Shown here one piece after another: positions 18,892 through 28,498 of a stretch of 64,000 nucleotides of DNA. The translations under genes were made by a program, and so were the position numbers. How positions within the stretch are numbered: the stretch's first letter is position 1; each line of letters begins with the position of its first letter. The stretch is from positions 96,001 to 160,000 of the IMG/VR virus record IMGVR_UViG_3300023223_000669; one strand, written 5' to 3'. Origin of the DNA: a virus. Under the pieces are notes generated by a model. The model did not search any database. It saw only the letters and a program-made list of their open reading frames with translations, and was not told the origin of the DNA.

Positions 18892-19868
18892 AACTAAAAT
18901 CGATTTCTCCTAGCCGTATCAAGACTTTTGATATGTGCAAATATAAGTATTGGCTTACATATTGTACTGATGCAGTACTCAAGTCAAATTGGGGAGCCGC
19001 CCATGGTTCTTTGATTCATGATATCCTGGAGTTCTATTCTACTGGAGATGATCCCGATTGGACCGCCCGTCTCTATCGTGGCTATGGTGGCATTCTAGAC
19101 ACGTTGGATCGTTTCCAGAAACCAGCGATTATGGAAAGCCCGCTTGTGTGGGCTAAGCCCGAAGAGTTTGCTGAGAAAAAGCCATACTGTGATACCTGCC
19201 CGTATGCGAATAAGGAAGCCAACCAGTGTGATATTTCACTTGATAAATTGGATAATCTTTTAGGCTGTCCCAAGACGCTGTTTGATGGATCTATCTCTAT
19301 GATAGAACAAACCATCGGTAGGTATGAAGCCACTTGGGATAATTTGTTGCGTGATACTAACGGCGTACCCACTGGCGTTGAATATGGTTTTAGGATTCCT
19401 TTGGCCGCTCGTCCTGATGTTCCTATTCATGGGTACATGGATCTTGTGGTTGAAGAGGATTCTGAGACGATCCATGTTTATGATTATAAGGCCGGTAAAC
19501 ACACACAGAACTACAAAGAATGCCACGACGATATTCAATCGAGGATGTATTCGCTGGCCTGTCGCAAAGAGTTCATTGAGGATGTTAATAACAAGGGTTA
19601 CAAATATAAGCATGTCATGTTGACATTTGATTACTTTAGAAACAGGCCCATCACGTTAGCATTCACGGCAGAAGAGGATCAGGCAACAGAGCAATTTGTT
19701 ATTGATAAGATCCACGAAATTGAATCTACCAGGTGGATTGATCGTATCGTTCGTAATGATGAGGAATTGGAAACCAAGACTCGTTATGGTCAAGTAGCAT
19801 TCGTTTGCAAATATCTATGCGACAGCAAGGTATGTAAAAGTCGATGGGAAGGAAGGTTTGAAGCATGA
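18885..19868 (+). CDS. PD-(D/E)xK exonuclease, RecB/Cas4-like
   Basis: ISPSRIKTFDMC, AAHGSLIHDILE, GYMDL-x-VYDYKAG, QSRMY, C-terminal Cys cluster. Confidence 0.85.
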   Translation: MLKLKSISPSRIKTFDMCKYKYWLTYCTDAVLKSNWGAAHGSLIHDILEFYSTGDDPDWTARLYRGYGGILDTLDRFQKPAIMESPLVWAKPEEFAEKKPYCDTCPYANKEANQCDISLDKLDNLLGCPKTLFDGSISMIEQTIGRYEATWDNLLRDTNGVPTGVEYGFRIPLAARPDVPIHGYMDLVVEEDSETIHVYDYKAGKHTQNYKECHDDIQSRMYSLACRKEFIEDVNNKGYKYKHVMLTFDYFRNRPITLAFTAEEDQATEQFVIDKIHEIESTRWIDRIVRNDEELETKTRYGQVAFVCKYLCDSKVCKSRWEGRFEA

Positions 19869-20476
19869 GCAGAATTAGTAAAGACTGGGTAGAAGCCTAT
19901 TTTGAATATGGCGTTGATGTTAAGAACCGCAAGGTGTTTTTGTTTGATGGTGTAGATGAAGATACTATTGGTTACGTTATCAAAGGTCTATACCTCATGG
20001 AAACAGAAAACACCAAAGAACAAATTAAAAATGAGACAGTGAAACCCATTGAATTGTTCATCGGTTCTTTTGGCGGTAGTGAGTATGAAATGTGGGCTCT
20101 CTATGATGTCATTCGTACTCTCCAATCGCCCATTCATACTGTTGCTATTGGTAAATGTATGAGTGCCGCCCCTCTATTGGTTGCGTGTGGCGAACCCGGA
20201 CATCGTTATGCTACTCCTAATACTTGGTTCATGGTTCATCAATCATGGGAAGAATGGGGATCCGTGGATAAAGATGTTCTTAAGAAAGACATTAAGCATT
20301 TTGATGCTATGGAGAAACGCTGGTACGATCTCATGGCACTTCATTCCAACAAGCCTGCCACGTTCTGGAAAGCAAAGTGTACCAAACAGAAGGGCGACGA
20401 CTATTTTGATGCTTACACAGCACAAGAGTATGGTCTGATTGATCATGTTTGGGATGAAAAAGACGGAGTGCTATAA
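19865..20476 (+). CDS. clpP: ClpP-like serine protease
   Basis: IELFIGSFGG, GKCMSAA (Ser), FMVHQ (His), DDYFDAYTAQEYGLIDHV. Confidence 0.88.
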   Translation: MSRISKDWVEAYFEYGVDVKNRKVFLFDGVDEDTIGYVIKGLYLMETENTKEQIKNETVKPIELFIGSFGGSEYEMWALYDVIRTLQSPIHTVAIGKCMSAAPLLVACGEPGHRYATPNTWFMVHQSWEEWGSVDKDVLKKDIKHFDAMEKRWYDLMALHSNKPATFWKAKCTKQKGDDYFDAYTAQEYGLIDHVWDEKDGVL

Positions 20477-21168
20477 TGGCTAACGCGAGAGTGGTTATAT
20501 GCTGCTGGCTCAAAGGACACGAGACCGAGCTAGTGATGACCAAACGACAAGAGGAGAAGCTTAGTGTCAAGCTTAAAACTCTCAAGGCGGTATGTCCTAC
20601 ATGCCGTGCCGAAGAATTGGGCAATCAAGCCATCTTCATCAAGGAAGGACAGACGCTTTTCAACCCAAGCAAGGCGTTCAAGTGTCGCCACGGTCACGTC
20701 TCAACCATCGGTGCGTTCAACAGCGATATGTTACACGTTAAGCATGGCGGGGGCTACGAGTCGTTCGTCAACATCGAAGGTACGCCAGAAGAAGTGCAGG
20801 AACTTATTGACAGTAAGGAGATTTCATGTCATCATATAAAGGAGAACGGTCGTGTCTGCGGCTGTAAACTCAAAACTGTTGATGATTTTGAACTCACTAA
20901 ACCACAAGGTACGGCCTTTAGAACAAAAACACGCCTCGGAGATATATGGGATAAAGCAGGGGCCGATCCGGTTCGTGCTGGAACCTACGATAAGGGCGGT
21001 CGCTATCATGGCAGTCGGACACAAGAGGCAAACCGTGCCCGTTTGAAGCGTTCGCGTAAACGTAATACGCCCGCAAAGAGACATCCCGGTAAGAGAATCG
21101 ACAAAGCAACCAAGAGGGATTACGGCTATCGTTCAAAAGATGAAGTTAACCCAGAAAGACTTAAATGA
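20476..21168 (+). CDS. hypothetical Cys/His-rich protein with basic C-terminal tail
   Basis: CPTC, CRHGH, CHH, CGC motifs; Arg/Lys-rich end. Confidence 0.6.
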   Translation: MANARVVICCWLKGHETELVMTKRQEEKLSVKLKTLKAVCPTCRAEELGNQAIFIKEGQTLFNPSKAFKCRHGHVSTIGAFNSDMLHVKHGGGYESFVNIEGTPEEVQELIDSKEISCHHIKENGRVCGCKLKTVDDFELTKPQGTAFRTKTRLGDIWDKAGADPVRAGTYDKGGRYHGSRTQEANRARLKRSRKRNTPAKRHPGKRIDKATKRDYGYRSKDEVNPERLK

Positions 21169-24100
21169 ATTTCGCACACCTGAACGTACACTCTAAAGCG
21201 TCTATGCTGTATGGGTCGGCAGACATCAAGAAGATCGTCGCACGAGCCAAGGAGCTAGGACAGTCTGCGGTAGCCCTTACCGACTATTCGAACGTCTATA
21301 ACGCGGTCAATTTTTATCGTGAGGCGACCAAGGCTGGAGTCAAGCCCATTCTGGGTGTTGACTTGTATTTCTGTGAGGATGCAGAGCAGCTACGCATTCA
21401 GAAGGTACGTCAGGTGTCGCACATCGTCCTGCTGGCCGAGACCGAAGAGGGCTGGCAGAATATCACAAGAATCGTATCAGGGGCCAACACGCCTGAGTAC
21501 TTCTACTACAACCCTCGTGTCGATTTCAAGCTCCTCGAACAATACAGCGAGGGTGTTATCTGTCTGAGTGGTAGCAGCCTCGATGGTATAATCGCCCGCC
21601 AATTGTATGACAAAGTTGGCGATGATGGCGAAGTGGTGGAGCCCGCCGCCCTGTTCAAAGCCGAAGGTTTAGTACGCCGTTTCTTGAAGATTTACGACAC
21701 TGATCACTTCTGCCTTGAGATTCAAGACACTGGTGTAGCAGAACAAGACACGATTAACACTCGTCTGAGAGGTATTGCCACGAAGTATAGTCTCAAGATT
21801 GTGGCCACGAATAACGTACACTACGTTGAACAACATGATGCCGAGGCTCACAAGACCCTGTTAGAGATGAGCACTAATAAGTACAACCGTGCTACCTATA
21901 CTGATTTTGGTCCAGAGGAGTACTACCTCAAGAGCCGCGAGGAACTTGATGAAACCAATCTTTTGGCCGAGGAACTTAACGCGGCTCTTGAGATTGCCGA
22001 GCGTTGTAACGTAGAGCTTGATTTGAAGAAACGTCGTTTGCCCAAGTACCAGTTTGTGCCCGAGGGCAAGACTTCGATGGAGTATCTTCGGGAGTTGTGT
22101 GATAAGGGTTATGATCGTCTTATGCTTGGGCAATGGGCAACTCCCGAAGGGCGTGAGAGTTATACCGCACGTCTTGAACGTGAACTTGTTGACATCGAAG
22201 ACATGGGGTTTGCGGACTACTTCCTCATCGTCCATGATGTCATTTCTTGGGTACGAGAACAAGATATTCTGGTTGGTCGTGGACGCGGTAGTGCAGGCGG
22301 CAGTCTTGTTAGCTATACTCTTGGCATTACTGAGATTGATCCTCTTGAGTATGGTCTCATTTGGGAACGCTTCCTCAATAAAGGCCGTGGTGGCCTTCCT
22401 GATATTGATACTGACCTTCCCCGCTCAAAACGACAGAAGGTACTTGGGTATATCAGGGAGCGTTTCGGAGAAGGTAACGTCGCACAGTTAGTAACTCTTG
22501 GTGGCTTGCAAGCTAAAGCCATTGTTAAAGAGGTATTCAAGGTCTATGGTGTATCCTTTGATGAGGTTAATAAGATTACCGCACTCATTCCTGCCAAGAA
22601 CGAGGATCATGTGGCCATTTCTTTACAAGAGGCTATCGACGCTGTACCTGAATTAAAGGAATACTACGAACGCTACACGCCTTGGTTCAAGGTGGCTTTA
22701 GCTCTAGAGGGATGCTACAAGACCACAGGTATCCACGCTGCTGCCGTTGTGATTTCCGATGTGCCGTTTGATGAAAGTCCTTATCCGCTGACGCGAGCAA
22801 AGGATGGCAGCATGTTGTTTGGCTGGGACATGAACACAGTCGATTCTTTGAGTCTGCTCAAGCTCGATATTCTCGGTTTGACAACCCTAGACGACATCCA
22901 AGTGACTATGGATCTTGTCAAACATCGTCATGACATCGAGCTTTCGCGAGTGGCGATGCCGTTAGATGATTCGGCTACCTATGCCATGATTGGCCGGGGA
23001 TTCACCATTGGTGTTTTCCAAATCGAGAAACAACTTGGTCGCACCTGGAGCAAGAACCTCAAGCCGGAAAACATCGAAGAATTGAGTGACCTTGTGTCCC
23101 TTATCCGTCCTGGTCCGATGGAGTCTAATATGCATACGGCATATCGTAGCGTGAAGAACAAGGGTGAAGCTCCGGAGTATATCCACCCCAAGCTTGAGCC
23201 GATCATGGGGCCGACTTTCTCTGCCTTGTTGTATCAAGAACAGGTGATCTATATTTGTCAGCAATTAGCTGGCATGAACTCCGTGGACGCCGATATGGTT
23301 CGCAAGGCGATGGGCAAGAAGAAGCCCGAGGACATGCAGAAATGGCAAGATGTATTTGTTGACGGCTGTACTGCTAATGATATTGATCCTGTCACCGCTG
23401 AGGAAATTTGGGGTTACATCGAGAAGTTCGCTGGGTATGGTTTCAACAAGTCCCACGGTGTAGGCTACGCCCTTCTGGCGTACGAGACAGCTTATCTCAA
23501 GGCCAACTATACCGTGGAGTTCCTGTGTGCTAAATTGCGTCACTCAGATAGTCACCCCGACAAGTTTGCTCAGATGTCTGCTCTGGTTTACGATGGCAAC
23601 CTATTTAACATTGAGGTTGTGCCGCCTCGTGTGTCGCAACGCAATAAAGATTTTGCCGTGATTGACGACACGCATATTGCTTTTGGGCTTACAGCTCTTA
23701 AGGGCGTGGGCGTGACAGCAGTCAACGATTTAATCAAGATTAGCCGCAAGCATGATACCTTTGAGGGTATACTATGGCATATCATGACCACTAAGACAAA
23801 AGTCAATACGGGGGTTTTGATAGCACTCATTCGTGGTGGTGCCTTTGATGATCTTGTTGAACATCGTGTAGAAGCACAAGCACGATTTAAACTTTTGGAC
23901 ACCCTTACTGCTAAAGAGCGTGAGACTGTGCAAGAGCTTATACCACATCAGGAAGGTGACGCTGATTGGGTACGTATCATAAGTGCGATTGCCAGTGAAA
24001 AGAAAGCCCCGCTGGTTAAAGAGAAGTTTGGTGTCAAGATTCCGAATGCTCGTCGTCGTCCCAAGCTTCGTGAGGCTCTTGGTGAGTTTCATAGGCGAGA

Positions 24101-24473
24101 ATTGTTTGACAGCAAAGCACAGCGTATCGCGTGGGAACAACACTACCTAGGGATTTCCCTCAGTGGTAGCGAAGCCGACATTTACAAAGCAGAACACACC
24201 TGTATCGATTTGATCCGCAACAGCTTCCCCGATATGCGTTTTGAGATTGCTGTTTGTGTGGATGCCGTTCGTGAGATTGTGACTCGCAAGGGAGACCCAA
24301 TGGCCTTTGTGACAGCACGCGATAAAACCTATGTTATGGATAACATCGTTGTCTTCCCTAAGACATTCAGTTACTCCAAGAGACTACTGGAAGAAGGCAA
24401 CGTTTTGAAGATTAGGGGGCGGGTTGATGACCGTGGCTCCTTGATTGCTGACCGTGTAGAGAGAATACGATGA
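21165..24473 (+). CDS. dnaE: DNA polymerase III alpha subunit
   Basis: PHP HLNVHS; GRGSAGGSLVSY; LIWERFLN; PDIDTDL; GIHAAAVVI; KLDILGL; YQEQV; GFNKSH; C-terminal OB fold; no intein visible. Confidence 0.97.
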   Translation: MNFAHLNVHSKASMLYGSADIKKIVARAKELGQSAVALTDYSNVYNAVNFYREATKAGVKPILGVDLYFCEDAEQLRIQKVRQVSHIVLLAETEEGWQNITRIVSGANTPEYFYYNPRVDFKLLEQYSEGVICLSGSSLDGIIARQLYDKVGDDGEVVEPAALFKAEGLVRRFLKIYDTDHFCLEIQDTGVAEQDTINTRLRGIATKYSLKIVATNNVHYVEQHDAEAHKTLLEMSTNKYNRATYTDFGPEEYYLKSREELDETNLLAEELNAALEIAERCNVELDLKKRRLPKYQFVPEGKTSMEYLRELCDKGYDRLMLGQWATPEGRESYTARLERELVDIEDMGFADYFLIVHDVISWVREQDILVGRGRGSAGGSLVSYTLGITEIDPLEYGLIWERFLNKGRGGLPDIDTDLPRSKRQKVLGYIRERFGEGNVAQLVTLGGLQAKAIVKEVFKVYGVSFDEVNKITALIPAKNEDHVAISLQEAIDAVPELKEYYERYTPWFKVALALEGCYKTTGIHAAAVVISDVPFDESPYPLTRAKDGSMLFGWDMNTVDSLSLLKLDILGLTTLDDIQVTMDLVKHRHDIELSRVAMPLDDSATYAMIGRGFTIGVFQIEKQLGRTWSKNLKPENIEELSDLVSLIRPGPMESNMHTAYRSVKNKGEAPEYIHPKLEPIMGPTFSALLYQEQVIYICQQLAGMNSVDADMVRKAMGKKKPEDMQKWQDVFVDGCTANDIDPVTAEEIWGYIEKFAGYGFNKSHGVGYALLAYETAYLKANYTVEFLCAKLRHSDSHPDKFAQMSALVYDGNLFNIEVVPPRVSQRNKDFAVIDDTHIAFGLTALKGVGVTAVNDLIKISRKHDTFEGILWHIMTTKTKVNTGVLIALIRGGAFDDLVEHRVEAQARFKLLDTLTAKERETVQELIPHQEGDADWVRIISAIASEKKAPLVKEKFGVKIPNARRRPKLREALGEFHRRELFDSKAQRIAWEQHYLGISLSGSEADIYKAEHTCIDLIRNSFPDMRFEIAVCVDAVREIVTRKGDPMAFVTARDKTYVMDNIVVFPKTFSYSKRLLEEGNVLKIRGRVDDRGSLIADRVERIR

Positions 24474-24715
24474 AATACGAATATGATGTTGTAACGTTAG
24501 AGCTTACTGAAGAACAACAACAGGTTATTCAGATGGGGCTTGGCGATATCGAACAGATCAATGCAATGATCTGCGATATCATTAATAAACGTGCTGCGGA
24601 CGGCTGGGAGCCGCTTTACCCGTTTTCTGTGCCGCAAGTGTGGTTTCGTAAAGAGATCAAAGCACGTAGACGCAAAAAAATTACAAAAAAGACACGACAG
24701 TCTGCTAAAAAATGA
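24470..24715 (+). CDS. DUF4177-like small protein
   Basis: YEYDVV...INKRAADGWEPL pattern. Confidence 0.5.
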   Translation: MKYEYDVVTLELTEEQQQVIQMGLGDIEQINAMICDIINKRAADGWEPLYPFSVPQVWFRKEIKARRRKKITKKTRQSAKK

Positions 24716-24721
24716 TATAAT
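24713..24721 (+). promoter_or_regulatory. extended -10 promoter (TGATATAAT) upstream of the sigma gene
   Basis: perfect TGnTATAAT; no good -35. Confidence 0.5.
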
Positions 24722-24723
24722 GT

Positions 24724-25446
24724 ATGATTACGCAGAAGATGATGAAGCACAATATCGTATGGCTAGAAGAGTCCAGCATAATGGTTGATGAGATCTCTGA
24801 GGAAGAGGTTGAGTCTCTCCTGGATGAATATCGTCCTATCGTTACTCGCATTGCTCGATCGGCTTTCTATTCCTCAGCAGCTATTGATGTCAACGACCTT
24901 ATCCGCGTTGGTGAGTTTGCCGTCCTACAAGCTGTCAAAGCCTATGACCCCACCTGTGGTACAACCATTCGCTCTTTTGTGTCTAGAGTTGTACGAAACG
25001 AAATTTTCCATGAAGCCGCCCGCTTCTTGGGAGTGTTTACAGTAGACCACCGAGTCACCAGCCTAGCTGCCAAGGTTAATAAATTACACGCTAAGGGGCA
25101 GAGTGACACGGAGATTGCCGAGGTGCTCAATGCATCCGGCAGTCGCAATTTTGATGCGGACCATGTTCGCGATTTACGTATTGCCTATAGTCGCCGTCAG
25201 CATTCAGCTTTGACAGACGACGATGCTCTCGAAGAGTATTCTGCCGAGGAAAACACAATCCAAGAACTATTGCGGGGAGTTGTGCAAAACCCAATAGAGC
25301 AGACTATTTTAGACGAAAGGATCCTAGGCGATAAATCAGTAAAGGACGTGGCTTGTATCTTATGCCTATCGCAACGTCAAGTATACGATCTGGAAAACCA
25401 ACTCAAAGATCGTATCCGGAAAGCCATTGAAGATGTAACGGAATGA
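24724..25446 (+). CDS. sigma70-family RNA polymerase sigma factor (true start may be 24739 or 24781)
   Basis: region 2 DVNDLIRVGEFAVLQAVKAYDP-x-SFVSRVVRNEI; region 4 HTH SVKDVACILCLSQRQVYDLE. Confidence 0.85.
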   Translation: MITQKMMKHNIVWLEESSIMVDEISEEEVESLLDEYRPIVTRIARSAFYSSAAIDVNDLIRVGEFAVLQAVKAYDPTCGTTIRSFVSRVVRNEIFHEAARFLGVFTVDHRVTSLAAKVNKLHAKGQSDTEIAEVLNASGSRNFDADHVRDLRIAYSRRQHSALTDDDALEEYSAEENTIQELLRGVVQNPIEQTILDERILGDKSVKDVACILCLSQRQVYDLENQLKDRIRKAIEDVTE

Positions 25447-27248
25447 ATGAGAAAAAGCGTGTATTGTTTATAGGTGAAGCCAGCAATTTGAGTACTGGCT
25501 TCTCGACCATTTATCGAGAACTATTACCTCGACTGGCAGCTACGGGTAAGTATGAAATCGCAGAGTTCGGATCATATGTTCGCCAAGATGATCCCAAGGT
25601 CCAAGAGTTTATTCAAGGACGCTGGAAGTTCTACGGTGTCATGCCCCTCACCCAGCAAGAAGGACAGGTTTTCAATCAGCCCAGCCCACACCCTAGGGCA
25701 AAGGGACTGAATACCAACCAGTTTGGCGAGTACAAGTTCAATCATGTTGTTGCCGATTTCAAGCCTGATATTGTCATCGATATTCGTGATTGGTGGATGT
25801 TAGAGTATCAAGAGCGAAGCGTGTTTCGTCCATTCTATAAATGGATTGTTATGCCTACTGTTGATGCTGAACCCCAGGCAGAGGAATGGATTCAAACCTA
25901 CGAAAATGCAGAAATGGTTTTGGCCTATTCTGACTATGGTGTTCATGCTCTGCGTCGTCAGAGTCAGTTGACTACCGGGGGACGCCGTAAGATGCGTGTG
26001 TTCCCGAAGGCCATGCGTCCTGGAGTTGATTTGGCTACATTTAAACCAATGGACAAGGCAGAGATTCGTGAACATTGGAATCTCTCTAAAGACAATCCGG
26101 TTATTGGCACGGTTATGCGTAATCAAAGCCGTAAGTTGTACCCTGATTTGATCGATGGTTTCGCTCGCATGCGAGAGAAGTATAAGGGCAATGAAGCGGT
26201 AGACAAGGCTGTTCTTTTGATTCATTCTTCGTGGCCAGATAATCAACATTCATTTGATTATCCGAGACACATTATGCGTCTTGAGTCTTATCCATGGATG
26301 CAGCATGCACAAAAAGGTATTCGAGGCAGCATTCTCCAGACGATCCACTGTCATACATGCAATGAGCCCTCTGTTGCGTTTGCCATGAGCCTGTGGGGTA
26401 AGCCTATCGAAGAAGGTAGAGTCAAGTTGCCATGTCCTCACTGTGGTAAGGTTGATGCTTCACCGCCGAATACTGCCATGGGTTTTTCACGCGAAGATCT
26501 TGCTAAACTGTATAACCTGATGGATCTCTATGTGCAATGTTCCATCTGTGAGGGTGACGGCATGCCCATTCAAGAGGCGAAAGCCTGTGGAGTGCCGACG
26601 CTAGCTACAGACTACACGGCCATGCGTGAGAAAGGAAGATTCCCCGACTACTCGCACTTTGAGGAGCTTGGTTATACTTCTCAGACGTACACTTGTCATA
26701 AGGGCGGCGAAGTGATTGATGTTGGTCGTTATTACTATGAGCCAGAGACCAGTTGTATGCGTGCTCACCCTGATATTGAAGACTTAGCCGACAAGATGTT
26801 TGCCATGATTAGCAATCAGGAGAAGCTGGATAGTCTTGGTGTAGAGGCCCGTACATGTGCCGAAGACAACTATGATTGGAATGTGCTTTGGAAACAATGG
26901 GAGTATGTTCTAGATAACGTTAAAATAAAGGATCGTTTGCAGACGTGGGATAGTCCCATCGCTGAGCACGAAGATATTGCTGCTGTGCCCGTGCCTGCTG
27001 CACTCAGCGATGAGCAATATGTTGAATGGCTCTATCTCAATGTTCTCAAATATCCCTCAGTTGATCCCGAGGGGGCAAAGGTTTGGGTACAGCATCTTGG
27101 ACTTGGTGTAACTCGCGAACAGATCATGCAACAGTTTGTAGCAATTGGTAATCAACAGTCCGATGGTAGCAAGATGCGTGATCAGATTCGTCAACAGGTG
27201 GCTGGTCTTACTATAAATCTACCGAAGCCCAAGCAGGAGTTCGTATAA
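25443..27248 (+). CDS. GT-B (GT4-like) glycosyltransferase with CxxC inserts and DUF4214-like C-terminus
   Basis: RPGVDLATFKP, IGTVMRNQ-RK, LYNLMDLYVQCSICEGDGMPIQEAKACGVP. Confidence 0.85.
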   Translation: MNEKKRVLFIGEASNLSTGFSTIYRELLPRLAATGKYEIAEFGSYVRQDDPKVQEFIQGRWKFYGVMPLTQQEGQVFNQPSPHPRAKGLNTNQFGEYKFNHVVADFKPDIVIDIRDWWMLEYQERSVFRPFYKWIVMPTVDAEPQAEEWIQTYENAEMVLAYSDYGVHALRRQSQLTTGGRRKMRVFPKAMRPGVDLATFKPMDKAEIREHWNLSKDNPVIGTVMRNQSRKLYPDLIDGFARMREKYKGNEAVDKAVLLIHSSWPDNQHSFDYPRHIMRLESYPWMQHAQKGIRGSILQTIHCHTCNEPSVAFAMSLWGKPIEEGRVKLPCPHCGKVDASPPNTAMGFSREDLAKLYNLMDLYVQCSICEGDGMPIQEAKACGVPTLATDYTAMREKGRFPDYSHFEELGYTSQTYTCHKGGEVIDVGRYYYEPETSCMRAHPDIEDLADKMFAMISNQEKLDSLGVEARTCAEDNYDWNVLWKQWEYVLDNVKIKDRLQTWDSPIAEHEDIAAVPVPAALSDEQYVEWLYLNVLKYPSVDPEGAKVWVQHLGLGVTREQIMQQFVAIGNQQSDGSKMRDQIRQQVAGLTINLPKPKQEFV

Positions 27249-28498
27249 TGAAATTACTTTTTGTTGGTCCTCTTTTGGATTTTTCCGGCTTTGCTACGGC
27301 TTCACGTCGCTTCTTACAAGCACTCAACGAGAGCGACCTTGACTTGACGGCCCGTCCTCTACGGTATGATAAGTTGGATGATGGACAAGAGTTCACTCCG
27401 CCGGAATGGCTCGCCTCCCTTTTGAAGAATGATCTTCAAGGGGTTGATATGGCCCTTCAAATGACGACATCGAATACCGAGGCCGTCCCCGTGCCTGGTA
27501 TTTTGAATGGTCTGTATACCTTCTTTGAGACTGATCGTCTGCAACCTTTGTGGGCACAGAAGGCGAACGAGTTTGACTTCATCATTGTACCCTCGCGAAG
27601 CAATGGTGAGACGTTGCTCCGTTCGGGAGTGAATAAGCCTATTTTGTGTGCTGGCCCCCCTTGTGACATAGATGATTTCCAACGTGAACGTCAGCCGTTC
27701 GTCATTGAGCAGGCTGGTGACAGAACGATCTTCTATAATATTTGTCAGTTGAGTGCCAAGAAAGGGATTGATGTTTTGCTACGTGCTTACTATGCCGCAT
27801 TTGTCGGGGCACCCGATGAAGTGTTGCTTGTTCTCAAGACATATGTCAATATGGAGAACCGTCAGCAAGATGAAGAGATTGTTAAGCAGTATATCCAGAA
27901 TATCAAGCAACGTTGTCGTATTCCGGTTCCCCAACATCCTCCCGTGTTGCCATTAGTATATACCATGACGGACGATGAGATCCACGGTTTACATGTTGCT
28001 GGCCATGCGTACGTTTGCTCTAGTCGAGCAGAAGGATGGGGACTTCCCGTGTTTGATGCTTTGGCTCACGGTAAGACGGTCATCACCCACAATGCTGGTG
28101 GCTTGGCAGACTTCGTAACCCCAGAGAATTCGCTGCTCTATCAAGGCATGCCAACGTTCTTCTTTGATATGCCGCATCCTGATCCTGGTCTTTTTACTGG
28201 TGTTGAACAGTGCTTCGAGCCTTCGCCAGCACACTTAGCCCTCAATATGCGTAGGTTCCATCTACTCAGACGTGGTGCTGATGCTGGCGAGCTTGACGAA
28301 ACAATGCAGGCCGAATGGGCATCTGTACTGACGCGTCGTGAAAATGCTAAGCTTGTTGGCCAGAAGTTTGATTACCGTGCTATTGGTAAGCGTATTGTTG
28401 GTCAGCTAGAATCACTATTCGCCTCATGGAAAGAAACTGGTACAGCTATCTACACTCCGACAAATGATGAGAAACCTTCTCTGGAGGATTCGCTATGA
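27248..28498 (+). CDS. GT4-like glycosyltransferase
   Basis: KKGIDVLLRAY, YVCSSRAEGWGLPVFDALAHGK. Confidence 0.85.
   Translation: MKLLFVGPLLDFSGFATASRRFLQALNESDLDLTARPLRYDKLDDGQEFTPPEWLASLLKNDLQGVDMALQMTTSNTEAVPVPGILNGLYTFFETDRLQPLWAQKANEFDFIIVPSRSNGETLLRSGVNKPILCAGPPCDIDDFQRERQPFVIEQAGDRTIFYNICQLSAKKGIDVLLRAYYAAFVGAPDEVLLVLKTYVNMENRQQDEEIVKQYIQNIKQRCRIPVPQHPPVLPLVYTMTDDEIHGLHVAGHAYVCSSRAEGWGLPVFDALAHGKTVITHNAGGLADFVTPENSLLYQGMPTFFFDMPHPDPGLFTGVEQCFEPSPAHLALNMRRFHLLRRGADAGELDETMQAEWASVLTRRENAKLVGQKFDYRAIGKRIVGQLESLFASWKETGTAIYTPTNDEKPSLEDSL

Noticed and set aside
18885-19868. Cas4 as part of a CRISPR-Cas system
   Set aside because: No array, cas1/cas2 or effector genes; the context is a phage replication operon
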